From contig CM075988.1 of the NCBI GenBank assembly GCA_038087875.1, forward strand, positions 8,496,001 through 8,560,000: a stretch of DNA of 64,000 nucleotides, written 5' to 3'. Below, one piece after another: positions 1 through 11,870 of the stretch. The number at the start of each line of letters is the position of its first letter. The first letter of the stretch is position 1. The stretch is from Malacoraja senta. Its lineage: Eukaryota. The notes under the pieces were generated by a model that searched no databases, was not told the origin of the DNA, and saw nothing but the letters and a program-made list of their open reading frames with translations. The position numbers were made by a program, and so were the translations under genes.

Positions 1-845
1 TTTACCCCCAATTCAACATTACCAAAAAGCAGATGGTATGGTTATTATCCCCGAGATATTGATGGGGCATCGAGTGGACACATTTCCCACACGGAACAGT
101 GACTACATTTCAAAAGTATTCTTTGACTGTAAATCTCTCTACAGAAAGGAATTCATTAAGGTGAGAAGGAAAAGATTTTAAAAGGATGCGAGGGGTGAAT
201 TTTTCCACACAAAGGGTGGTGCCTATATGGAATGAGCTGCCAGGGGAAGTGGTACAGACAGGAACAATTACATGAACATTTTAATTTAGAAGGGTCTCGA
301 CCCGAAACGTCACCTATTCCTTTTCTCCATTGATGCTGTCTGACCCGCTGTTCCTCCAGCTATGTGTCGTTCAAACCAGCATCTGCAGTTCTTTCCTACA
401 AATTTAAAAACCTGTTGGACATGTGCATGGATGCAAAATGTTTGGAGTGATATATGGGCCAGGCATGGGTAAGTGGGACTACCTCAGTTGGCAACTTGGT
501 CGGCAGGGATAAATTAAGCCGAAGGGAACTCTATGAATATGAAATGTCTAACATGTCTTTCTTTACATTCTGTTTAGCACTACTGCTGTGAAGCAGTCCT
601 TCTGTGTCTCACAGGTTACACGTGAGTTGACCAAGCCAGCTGAGCACAGCAGAAAGTTGAGGATGGATTGGTAGATGAAGAATCAAGGAAGAATCAGACA
701 ACTTTATAGTTTCCGATACAAATGACAGGCAGGCAAAATATTTGTCAGTGTTGCAAATGCGTTTTAAATTGTAAACAAAAACTGCAGTTACTGGAAGTCA
801 GAAATAAAACACAAATGATGATAAATGCACAAAGTGCTGGAGTAA

Positions 846-1621
846 TGGGCCTGTCCCACGTAGGCGACTTTTTAGGGGACTGCAGGAGACTATGCAGTCG
901 CCACATGTTCGCGGGTGGTTGCCCGGGAGTCGCCTTCATGGTCGTGAGGAATTCCTGCATTCTGGGAACTGGTCGCAGCCTCATTATGGTCGCCGCAAAT
1001 TTTTCAACATGTTGAAAAATTAGCGGGGACCAGCATGAAGCCGCCATGGAGAGTCGCGAGATTTCTCGTGCCGTAGGTGGGTCGCCAGGAGGTCGAAGGT
1101 TCTCGTAGGTTGTAGCCGGTGCTGACCGGTGAATTTCATTGGCTCATTGGGAAATAAATATGTAAGCAGTAGTTTTCAGAACCAAGGATAACCGACCGGT
1201 AATGTTAAATGTCCGACGAGGTTCATAGCCGTTTATCTCTGGCTTCTTAAAAGACACCCCCCCCTTCTGCCCCCTTTTCCCCCACTCCTTCCCCCTTCTG
1301 CCCCCTCTCCCCCCTTCTTTTAAAGGACTTACCGTACACTGTGCTTTAGCTGTACGGTACTCTTAATTACAGCGCCAACTTCCTGTTCATCGCGGTGTGT
1401 GTCTGTATCACCTTGGCTTTGAACCGTGTGAATTTCACTCAGACAGCGCTCCCCCCGCTTGCTGTGTCCCCCGCCTGCATAACGAGCTGGTGAAGGAAGC
1501 GATGTGTGTGTGTGTTCCAATCTGACAGTCTCCGTTCCAGTTGCCGGTTTATCAGGCAACTGCCGTCAACTTGACAGTCGCTGGCAGTCGCCTGAAAAAT
1601 CGCCGAAGTGGGACAGGGCCA
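846..1621. mobile_element. PIF/Harbinger-type MITE, family A
   Basis: TIRs TGGGCCTGTCCCAC...GTGGGACAGGGCCA, with TAA duplicated on both sides (843-845, 1622-1624). The element interrupts the GCTGGAGTAA|CTCAGC motif of a palindromic repeat. No transposase is encoded. Confidence 0.85.
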
Positions 1622-2348
1622 TAACTCAGCAGGCCAGGCAGCATCTCTGGAGGGAATGGATAGGCAATGTTTTGGGTCAGTCTGAAGAAGGATCCCGACC
1701 CAAAATGTCACCTATCCATTCCCTCCCCAAATGCTGTTTGACCCACCAAGTTACTCCAGCACTTTGTAGTTTTGCTCAGGATTTCGACACCTGCAGTTCC
1801 TGCAAAACGATGAGGACACTCAACAGATCAGACTGCATCTGTGAAGCTAGAAAAAAATAGTTAACAATTCAGGTGACCAACCTTTCATCAGAACAGACAC
1901 ACTATGGTGCCTGACCTGCTAAGTATTCCCAGCAAAGATTGACACAAAAAGCTGGAGTAACTCCGCGGAACAGGCAGCATCTCTGGAGAGAAGGAATGTG
2001 TGACATTTCGGGTGGAGACCCTTCTTCTGACTGGTTGAGGACTGGTATTTCCAGCAATCAGGGTGCATTTCACAAATTGATGTGCTGCGGGAAATGAGAA
2101 ACGTCGTTGATGTGGAATTATGTTCTTCTAAAATTGGAACAAAGGAGCTTCCACTAGCTGCAATAATTTGCATTTACAGAGCATCTTTAACATAATGAAG
2201 CATCTGAGGGTGTTTCACTGGAACAAATAAATTCAGACGAACCTCACATTTAGACAATGAAGGGCATATTACTCACAGGTAAGAAAGCGTTGACAAAAAG
2301 GACACATTTTGTGTCTTCTTTCACTTCCGGTCAAAATGAAACACAAAC

Positions 2349-2702
2349 GGTGTACAAGATCATGAGAGGAATAGATCGGGTAGATGCACAGTCTCTTGCC
2401 CAGAGTAGGGGAACCAAGAACCACAGGACATAGGCTTAAGGTGAGGGGGGGAAGATTTAATGGGAACATGAGGGGTAACTTCTTCACACAGAGGGTGGTG
2501 GGTGTATGGAAGAAGCTGCTGAAGTAGGTAGTTGAGGCAGGTACTAACGCATCGTTTTAATAAACATTTAGTACACAGATAGGACAAGTGTAGAGAGATA
2601 TGGGCCAAACGCAGGCAGGTGGGATGAGTGTAGATGGGACATGTTGGTTAGCACGGGCAAGTTGGGCCAAAGGGCCTGTTTCCACGCTGCATGGCTCTAC
2701 GC
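2349..2702 (+). mobile_element. CR1 LINE 3' fragment
   Basis: TRGH-type C-terminal coding remnant, TTCTTCACACAGAGGGTGGTG, and 3' UTR ending GGGCCAAAGGGCCTGTTTCC. Confidence 0.85.
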
Positions 2703-3894
2703 CTAAACCTTTAGACTTGGTCTAATAAGGTTGGTTTCATGTAAAGCCATGTAAAGTCTGACAGGACAGTGGAGCCCATGATGGGTGCTAGGAAGGGATA
2801 AATAGAGTATATTCAGGTCAATGGGCAGAGGTCTAGAGATCCAGAGGTAAATGTTTCAGGATGCTTGTCTGGTTAGAGTTCAGAGTGATTGTCAGGCAGG
2901 CTGGGTTGCAGAACCCGCACATGAATATTAACCGCACTGCTTCTGTTAGATGTGTGAACTAATCTTCCCTCATGTATTCTGCCAGGTGAACCTCCACATC
3001 CAAACAGGCTCCCGAAAATATAAAGATCTGTTTCATTATGGTTAATTAACTGGAGAGATTCCCACATAATAAGGGAAATTTCACTTTAGCAGATTTTAAA
3101 TGTTAATGACTATGCAACAAACTAAAATCCCTTCCTTTTCCCTATCCCCCAGTGTATTAATTTATGGTAAGCTCCACTGAATTTTGTATTTATTAATATT
3201 TAAAACGGCAGAAACTAAGCTTCACATAAAGGCATCTACGCAGGGATTAGAGTTATTAATTTTAAAGAAACAATTCCTTTGTAAAAACATATTCAGCAAA
3301 TGTTCCCCCCCTCTCTGCCCATCCCCACATAAACACAGTAAAACAGCAAAGGTCATATTTACCTTCATATTACCACCCAGGTAAGGAAACATTGATGAAA
3401 AGGACACATTTTATGTCTTCTTTCACTTCTGGTCAAAATGAAACACAAACCTTGATGCTATTTTCCAAAGACAGTTTGCTTCTAACAACAAAAGGTTGGG
3501 GCAGAGGTATACAATTTAATAGTATCAAATTTGCAGCAATTAGGGAATTTACTGCAGGAAAATAAACTGAATTCCACACACATTCTCTTATTTATATAAT
3601 ACAGTTACGTGTGTTCATTCCTCCCAAGGCTGCAACACAGCCAGAAGCCTATTAATTAGCATTGTCCGCTCTGCAGTAATTAAATGCACTATGAATGATT
3701 AATTGAAACAAACTGTTGGGGGTGGCAGGGCAGCACTTTAACCCATTAAGTGTAAATGGATTGTTGTGAACAGCTGCAGGTTTATTCAGAGGTATTAACA
3801 CATACCAGGCAGAGCTGGTACAATGCACTTTGGTACTGAGGTAGATGGAGAAAAGCTGAAGAGCCCACTCTGCAAACTACTTGAAAAAACGGCA

Positions 3895-4100
3895 AAAAGT
3901 GCTCGAGTAACTCCGCAGGTCAGGTGGCACCCCTGGAGAACATGGATAAGTGACTTTTCAGATCTGGACCCAGACTGAAGAAGGGTCCCGACCCGAAACA
4001 TCACCCATCCATGTTCTTCAAGGATGCTGCCTGACCTGCTGAGTTACTCCAACATTTTGTGTCTATGTTTGTGAAGCAGCATCTGCAGTTCCTTGTTTCT
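3895..4100. repeat. Palindromic Penelope-derived repeat
   Basis: Inverted arms; CTGAAGAAGGGTCCCGACCCGAAACATC at about 3975-4002. Confidence 0.8.
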
Positions 4101-5589
4101 GCCCTCTGCTTACCTGCGTCCTGTCAACATCTAAAAAGAGTTTGGTAAATAGAGACAGAAGAAAAACTAAATGAAAGAATCCGCTTTATTTATTGGCTTT
4201 CAGTATTCAGGCAGTCTCACAGTACATTGTAGCTAAAGGTAGTTTTGATTGCAATAAAGAAAGCATGACGGCAATGTGTACACAGCCATTTCTTGAAAAC
4301 GATACCAAAATAAATGATTTGATGTTCTCTTTAATGTTATTGTTCACGATATAAGGAAGAACATCCCGTCTTCACTATAGTGTCTACTATCTTTGATGGT
4401 AAGTCCAACAGACTATCTTATCTGAGGGCTCGGAGCCCTATTGGCAATGGACTAGTGCAAGTTTACATCTCTGAAGCAGGATGTGAACCCACAACCTTCT
4501 GATCACAGGCAAGATTAGTCGCAATGACAGCATCTGACAATCTTTCTTGCAATAGACAAAGATCAGATCCTGAATGCACGAGAAATTAGCAGTGAGGAAT
4601 AGTGACAGTTCACCTTGAATGGAAATGATGTGGGGGAATACATTTGGCTTGGCGAGAGCGTCAAGAGAAGCCCCATCAGATAATCTTTTTAACGACCTTG
4701 TGGACTTCATTAATTTCAATTTTGAAAGTACTACCTTGGGCAATTTCAACCCCCCCCCCCTTTGTTTAACTCGTACAGTGCAATGAATCAGAATATTAGA
4801 ATAAACAGAATTGAGAACAGAATAGAAGACCCCGACCCAAAATATCACATATCCATGTTCCCCAGGGATGCTGCCTAAAGAAGGGTCTCGACCCGAAACA
4901 TCACCCATTGCTTCTCTCCAGAGATGCTGCCTTTCCACTGAGTTACTCCACCATTTTGTTTCTATGCTGCCTGACCTGCTGGGTTACTCCAGCACTTGAT
5001 GTATTTTTGTTTCAGATTATATCAAGCTATTCGGTATAACGTGGAATAAACAAACTACTGACACTGAGGCAAAGCTAGTAAACCCGCTGCCTCACAGTTC
5101 CAGGTTCTATCCTGATGTTCGGTGCTGTCTGTGGAGTTTGCACGTTCTCCCTGTGACTGTGTGATGTTCCCCGAGCTATTCTGATTTTCTCCCAGATCTA
5201 AAGGATGAGTTGGTTTGTAGGTTAATTGGCCAGTGTAAATAAGCGAGGTAGAATGTGAGTAAGAAACCGCAGTACCCGGGAGAAATCCAGGTGATCGCAA
5301 GGAGAATGTGCAAACTCCCCAAGGAGAGCACCAGACAGATCATTGAGCCAGCATTTGAGTCTTGGAGTGAACCTGGATGATGCTTCTGAGGCAGCAACTC
5401 TATTTGTGCCACAGCTCTGTCAGAATGATGAAGGAGGCTCATAGGCACTTCTATTACTATTTCCCCTTAAGTGTAGAATAACTTAGCTTCAATGCACTTA
5501 TACTACATATTTACACAATGGCCAATATACTCCTCTATTTTTACCACACATGAAACAATATTTGTTATAGTAAATAGTTAGATGCCCAG

Positions 5590-6150
5590 ATATGACTTTA
5601 GTGTAAGATTTTAGAGTCCATTATGAAGGATGAGGTTTCTGAGTACTTAGAAGCACATAATAAAATAGGCCAAAGTCAGCATGGTTTTGTGAAGAGAAGA
5701 TCTTACCTGACAAATCTATTGGCATTCTTTGAGGAAGTAAATAGCAGAACAGACAAAGGAGGGTCAGTGGATTGTGGTAAAGAAGGAACTGCAGATGCTG
5801 GAAAATCGAAGGTACACAAAAATGCTGGAGAAACTCAGCGGGTGCAGCAGCATCTATGGAGCGCGAGTGGATGTTGTTTACTTGGATTTTTAAGGCGGCC
5901 TTTGATAAATTGCTGCATGTGAGGCTGCTAAACAAGATGAGAGCCCATGGTATCAGAGGGAAGATACCAGCATGGATAGAAGACTGGCTGAATGGCAAAA
6001 GGCAAAGAGTGGGAATAAAGGCTAGTAAAGGAGTCAAAGGTCACGGGGTAAAGTAGCAGAATGCAGTTGAGAGGGATAGATAAATCAGCCATGATTGAAT
6101 GGTGGAGTTGACTCGGTGAGGAAAATGGTCTAACTCGGCTCCTATGACTT
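5590..6150 (+). mobile_element. CR1 RT fragment joined to a CR1 3' end, interrupted by a palindromic-family half element
   Basis: MKDEVSEYLEAHNKIGQSQHGFVK...TNLLAFFEEV and FDKLLHVRLLNKMRAHGIRG...WIEDWL are present. The insertion at about 5773-5865 is flanked by duplicated AGTGGAT. Confidence 0.85.
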
Positions 6151-6609
6151 CTGAGTGCTGATATTGATGGGGATCTAAACGAATTACAGCACAAAAACTA
6201 CTGACAGTTCCATGCTCATCAATTGAGCTGAAAATGCAGGTGTATCTCTGCATCAAAAATAAAATTGTACACACTCAGTCAGAAAACTATCCGCAGTGTT
6301 TGTGTCTGAATTTCCAAAGTGTGTTGGCAGCAGGCAATTCTTCAAGCTGGAAGCAAATCTGGGAAATAAACCTGTAATAAGAACCAATTTGCTCTCAAAG
6401 GAATAATATTCACTGTGGGAGTAAATTAAATTGAAATTGCAGACATTTAAACGACTCGTGTCAAAGATGTTGAATGGGGCTAAATGCATCTGATGGCTTG
6501 GCTTCACAGTCTTTATCGTTTTTCACTTGTTCCATGAGTATTTGACTGGGTTCTGGATTTGAACAGAAATATGTTCAAATCCAATTAAGCTGTTACTGTC
6601 TCGGAAGCT

Positions 6610-6930
6610 ATGTAGAGCAACATGTGTCAAAACTAGAGGGCATGGCTCTAAGGTGACAGGGGCAAAGGTAAAGTTTAAAGGATATGTGCAGGGCTGTTTT
6701 TTTTTTAAAGCACAGAGTGTGGGGAGGTGCGTGGAATGCATTGACAGGGGTGGTGGTGGAGGCAGATGTGATTGTGGCATTTAAGAGGCTTTTAGATAGG
6801 CACATCAAAATGCAGAGATTGGAGGGACATTTATTATGTGCATGCAGATGAAATTAAATAATCTTGGCATCGTGCTCAGCACAGATATTGAGGCCCGATG
6901 GGTCTGCTCATGTGTTGAACAGTTAAAGTT
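6610..6930 (+). mobile_element. CR1 LINE 3' fragment (old)
   Basis: ACTAGAGGGCAT..., GCATTTAAGAGGCTTTTAGATAGGCAC, and a 3' UTR remnant. Confidence 0.75.
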
Positions 6931-7734
6931 CCATGTGAGGAATAAATGTCCAAAAGATTACATATAGGCTACAAATTATTTTTTTCCACGACTCGAGATG
7001 TAAATACTCTTAGTCATAGAGTTATACAATATGGAAATAGGCCCTTCAGCCCAACTTGCCCACACTGAGCCAACATTTCCCATCTACTCTAGTCCCACCT
7101 GTCCACATTTGTCCCAAAATCCCTCTAAACCTATCCTATTCATGTACTTCCCTAAATGTTTCTTAAATGGTGTGACACCACACAACTCCAGTGAGAAAAA
7201 TGTGAAGGTGAATCTCGTTATCAAACACAGAATCAGAATCCACCTCCATGGTGTTGTCTACAAGAAATGATACGCATAAAATAAACAATTCAAAGATGAA
7301 ACCCAGAGCTGTAATTTGATGTAAGTGATTGTAATCTAGAATGTTGGATATAGCAGAACTGCAGCCAGATCAAGAACAGAAGTATTGAGGAGGGAATAAT
7401 AAACAGTATCAAATGGGTCAGAGACATCAGGGAAGAAAAGGTAGAATAATGTATTTTGGTTATAGTCACTGAGGTGCCATTTATCACTTTGGCCCAAATA
7501 GTTCTGACATTATTGACATAACCTAAACAATATATTAATGAACGGAAGGCTGAGACTGGTGAACATGGAGTTTGATGGATTGTCTATGAGATTTAGAACT
7601 ATCGTGAGAGCAAGACCATGCAACACCTTTTTGTTTGCTCACTGATGAATGATGCCACTTGCATCTGGAAGCACTTGCTGGGGCAATCGGAGTTTTTAAT
7701 TTAGTTATCATCAGATGTATCATCTTGATGTATT

Positions 7735-8130
7735 ATAGAATAATACAGCATGGAAACAGGCCCTTCAGCCCATGCTGACCAAGATGCCCCATCTATGTTA
7801 GTCCCACCAGCCTGCGTTGAGCCCAAATCCCTCCAAAGCTTTCCTATCCATGTACCTGTCCAAATGTCTTTTAAATAGTGTTATAATAATTGCCTCAACT
7901 ACCAGCTTTGGTAGCTCATTCAATATATCTCTGCATGAAAAAGTTGCTCCTTAGAATCCTGTTAAATCTTTCCCCTCTGATCTTACATTATGTCCTCTGG
8001 TTCGTGATTGCCCCACCCGAGGTAAAAGGCTCTGTGCATTCACTCCATCTATTCCCCTCTATCTCTACTAGCTGACCCCTCAGCCTCCTGCACTCCAAGG
8101 AATAAAGTCTTCGGCTGCCCAACCTCTCCC
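7735..8130 (-). mobile_element. CR1 LINE 3' fragment
   Basis: Begins CAGCATGGAAACAGGCCCTTCAGCCC (reverse complement of the CR1 tail) and continues into ORF2 remnants. Confidence 0.8.
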
Positions 8131-8211
8131 AATGGTATCAATGTACAAAAAGGATCAGAGAGAGAAAGGGGGATCAACAATTGGAGCAGGTCGGATATCA
8201 ATTACAATAAT

Positions 8212-8682
8212 GTGTAGGAAGGAACTGCAGGTGCTGGTCAGGCAGCATCCCTGGAGAAAAGGAATAAGTGACATTTCGGGTCGAGACCCTTCTTCAGACT
8301 GAGAGTCAGGGGAAAGGGTAACGAGAGATACAGACCGTACTTAGGACAAATGAATGGAAGATATGCAAAAAGCAACGATAATCAAGTCAATGAGGAGCTC
8401 ATAATGGTCCATTGTTGGCTGTGGGATAGGTGACAACGAGCTGTACAGTGAGTGGAACTCAACAGGATGGCACTAAAACTGTTATGACGACTAGGGTGGG
8501 AGAGGGATGGAGAGAGAGGGGATGCAAGGGTTACTTGAAGTTAGAGAAATCAATATAATACTGTATATATCTCTCGTTCCCTTTCCCCTGACTCTCAGTC
8601 TGAAGAAGGGTCTCGACTCGAAACGTCACCTATTCCAGTGATGCTGCCTCACCCATTGAGTTACTCCAGCTTTTCGTGTCTG
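8212..8682 (-). mobile_element. Penelope-like element 3' fragment with inverted pseudo-LTR
   Basis: The arms at about 8212-8330 and 8565-8682 are inverted copies. The minus strand at 8554-8531 reads IDFSNFK-stop, resembling the C-terminus of Penelope GIY-YIG ORFs. The CTGAAGA...GAAA motif lies downstream in the sense orientation. Confidence 0.7.
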
Positions 8683-9989
8683 TCAATGGCAATAACGGTG
8701 GCTTTGAGTTGAAGAGTAAATAGATGAGGTGAGAAGAGTTGGCTGAGTGGAAGAATAACTGGCAAGGCGTGCCATGAGGAAATGAGCCAGGTTAAAGGCT
8801 GTTGGGAGAGAGTGAAGAACTACACAATGATACTGCCATAGGGCAGGTGAAAGTGAAATTTCAGGAAGAAATAGCAACCAAAGCAATCACAGGAATGTCC
8901 TTGGAATGAGACTTATCATCTCCTCATATTAACACTGGAGAGCGTGATCTTAGACAGAGAATCAGAACCGGCAGATGCTTATTAAGGAAAGTTCAGTCTG
9001 TCTTTATCCTCAAGGATCATTTACACAAAGGGAAGGCTTATCTATGAAGGGGCCCCAGTATTTATTTCCTTCTAAAACACACCAATCTCCCATGTACAAT
9101 AAACCTGTTCATTAACACTTGGCTCTTGGACCAAGCTAATGATCTTAATGTCACTTCATCCATCTCATTGTCAAATGTTGACTGTCATGTTCTGTCGAGC
9201 AGCCTAGAATTGCATCTTACTATATTAGAGATGCAAATTAAGTGGATGTTTGTTGGTGTTAAGACTTTCAAGTTAAATTTGGAAAGGCTTGTTAGGTGTT
9301 CATGAGTCAAGATCACAAGCATGATGGCTCCAAACTTATGATGGGAACAGTACTGCAGACATAGTGGGTTTGAGAGACTACAAGCGACTTGAGAAACCAG
9401 GATCATGGATGGTGGAGCTGTGGGAGGCAGTGAGAAAGATTGCAGTCACAGCATGGGTACAATTGTTGGAGACTCTTTGAGCAAATGTTTTTTGGAAATA
9501 ATCAAAATGTCTGGTAAATCAACATAAAATATTGTTACAGCCTCCACAGCAGTGTTGTGTTCAAATCTGGTTTCCTCATTACAACAGGTTGTAAAAAGGT
9601 TCAGAAGAGATTTACAAGTATAGTTCCTGTAATGCGGGAGTGCAGTTACAAGGGTTAGAGGGGCCAGAGTTCTTTGCTATGAAGAGAAAGTGGAGGGAAG
9701 ATGTGATGGACGTGTATAAAATGTTGAGGCGTTGAGACAGAGTGAAGTGTGGACATCTGTTTCCTTTGGTGGAGGTATAAGATGAAGGAGAAGAAAACTG
9801 AACAACATGAAAGAAAGCTTATTTGTTGCGCAGGGAATGAAGAACACATTGCCTACAAATGTGTGGAGACAGGTTTCATTGTGCCTTCAAGATAAAGTTG
9901 GATAAATATGTAGAGCAGAAAACTTTGTAAGACTATCCAGGACGTCCTGGGGTGTGGAACTAGAGATGTTCACAAAGGAAGAGAACTGA

Positions 9990-10216
9990 ACATTTTGTTG
10001 CCTTTCCCCACAGTGGAAAATTTGTGGGGGGGACGTTCTTGTTGAATTCTATAATCTGTTATGTCATTTTTCAGATTTTTTATTTTTCTATGGATGTACG
10101 GAAACGTTATTATTTCTTTTATTATTTCTTTTATGTAAAGCACTTTGGTTTCAACGCGAGTTGACTTAAACGTGCTATATAAATAAAATGTACTTACTTA
10201 CTTACTTACTTACTAC
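9990..10216 (+). mobile_element. L2-clade LINE/SINE 3' end
   Basis: TGTAAAGCACTTTG-loop-CGTGCTATATAAATAAA followed by (TACT)n, the typical L2 3' tail layout. Confidence 0.7.
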
Positions 10217-10910
10217 TCTGGTACAGATCTAGCATGGGCATGATGGACTTGGCTTCTTTAGTGATGTAACTATTCTATGATTACTATTCAAAACCTTACC
10301 TATTCATGTTCTCCAGAGAAGCTGGCTGACCCGCCAAGTTACACCTGCACCTTGTCTCCTTTTGTGTAAACCAGCATCTGCAGTTCCTTGTTTCTACTAG
10401 TATCCTTAATGGTCAGATTAATTAAGGAGCAAATGGCCAACAAACTGAAGTTTGTCCTGTTGGAACAATGTTCTTATGAACTGACACACCTCCACAGTCA
10501 GCTCCACTGCCCAACGACCCCCCACCCCCAACACACAAATTCCATTAACCGTACACTTGCATAGTGATGGATGCACATTGAAGGTGGCATTTCATCAGGT
10601 AATTAATACAAAAATATTCAGTTCTGTAGGCCATAAATACGGAACAATGCACACCCTTTGAAATGTCATTGTGGTGCCTATAAAAAGTTCTCCCTTGACA
10701 ACACTAAACCTGTTTGTGTGACTGGTTTGAGGTGCCTAAGTAACCATGGATGCTCATTAGTGAAAACACATTCTAAACATCTCCATGCAGCTGTGGTGGT
10801 ACCAGATCCGTGACAATGCTCACTGCACTGCTGCAGTCACAGAGGGACTGAGACCACACGGCACTGAACTGCTGCAGAGAGGTGAGAAAGAGCCAAAGCC
10901 CAAGGTGTAA

Positions 10911-11344
10911 AGGGCCTGTCCCACGGGCATGCGACTCCATGCGGCAAACGTGACCTAACCGCAAGCGGGGGCCCCGCGGAGGTCGAGTGATCCCCGTACA
11001 GGGCCGGTCCCACCAGCATGCGGCTGCATGCGGCAAGCGCTACCAAATCGGAAACGGGGCCGCGCGGAGGTCGAGTGACGTCAAGACAGTGCGCACGGCG
11101 GCGAGGCAGTGCGCACGGCCTCGATGCGGCTGCGGGGCGGCAGGCCGTTGCCGCGCGGAATTTTTGAACAGTGTCAGTTTTCCGGAGCCCCGCGCGATAT
11201 CGGGACCTGCTCCGCACAACTCCATACGGATCCGGCGATCGAAGTGGGACCGGCCCCGCGACCTCCGCGCGGCCCCCGCACGGCACCCGCTTGCGGTTAG
11301 GTCGCGCTTGCCGCATGGAGTCGCATGCCCGTGGGACAGGCCCT
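10911..11344. mobile_element. PIF/Harbinger-type MITE, family B (GC/CpG-rich, young)
   Basis: About 58-bp near-perfect TIRs beginning AGGGCCTGTCCCACGGGCATGCGACTCCATGCGGCAA, with a perfect TAA TSD (10908-10910, 11345-11347). Confidence 0.88.
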
Positions 11345-11559
11345 TAAAGATCTGGCAAGGTTAGAAAACATGGAGAGCAGGAAAGTTGAATTGGAGTAAT
11401 CAAATGATGCCAAGTTAGGCTCTTGGTGATCCACTGAAAGCAGAGGGAACAGCTGAACAATGGAAGAAGCCCTGGAAAGGTTGTTCATTTCTCCCCCACC
11501 TGAGTACGCTAATGCTGGAGGTCTGTTCATGTGCTAATAACATAAATGCTAATCATCCA

Positions 11560-11870
11560 GGGTGCCACAGTGCTGCAGCAGTAGAGTTGCTGCCTTACGG
11601 TGCCAGAGACCTGTGTGCGATCCTGAATACAGGTGATGCCTGCACGGAGTTTGTACGTTCTCCATGTGACCTGCATGGGTTTTCTGCGGGTGCACCAGTT
11701 TCCTCCCACATGCCAAAGATGTACAGGTTTGTAGGTTAATTGCCTTCGGTAAAATTGTAAGTTGTCCCTAGTGCGTAGGATAGTGCTCGTAGTGTATGGG
11801 ATGATCACTGGTCGCCGCGGACTTGGTGGGCCGAAGGGCCTGTTTCCACACTGTATCTCTAAAGTCCAAA
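11560..11870 (+). mobile_element. tRNA-derived SINE (HE1/V-SINE-like)
   Basis: tRNA-like head, conserved core (GGAGTTTGTACGTTCTCC...TTTCCTCCCACA), and a CR1-like tail GGGCCGAAGGGCCTGTTTCC...CTCTAAA. Confidence 0.85.

Noticed and set aside
10773..11364. Overlapping Arg/Pro/Ala-rich ORFs of up to 159 aa
   Set aside because: A by-product of the GC-rich palindromic MITE; no recognisable domain.
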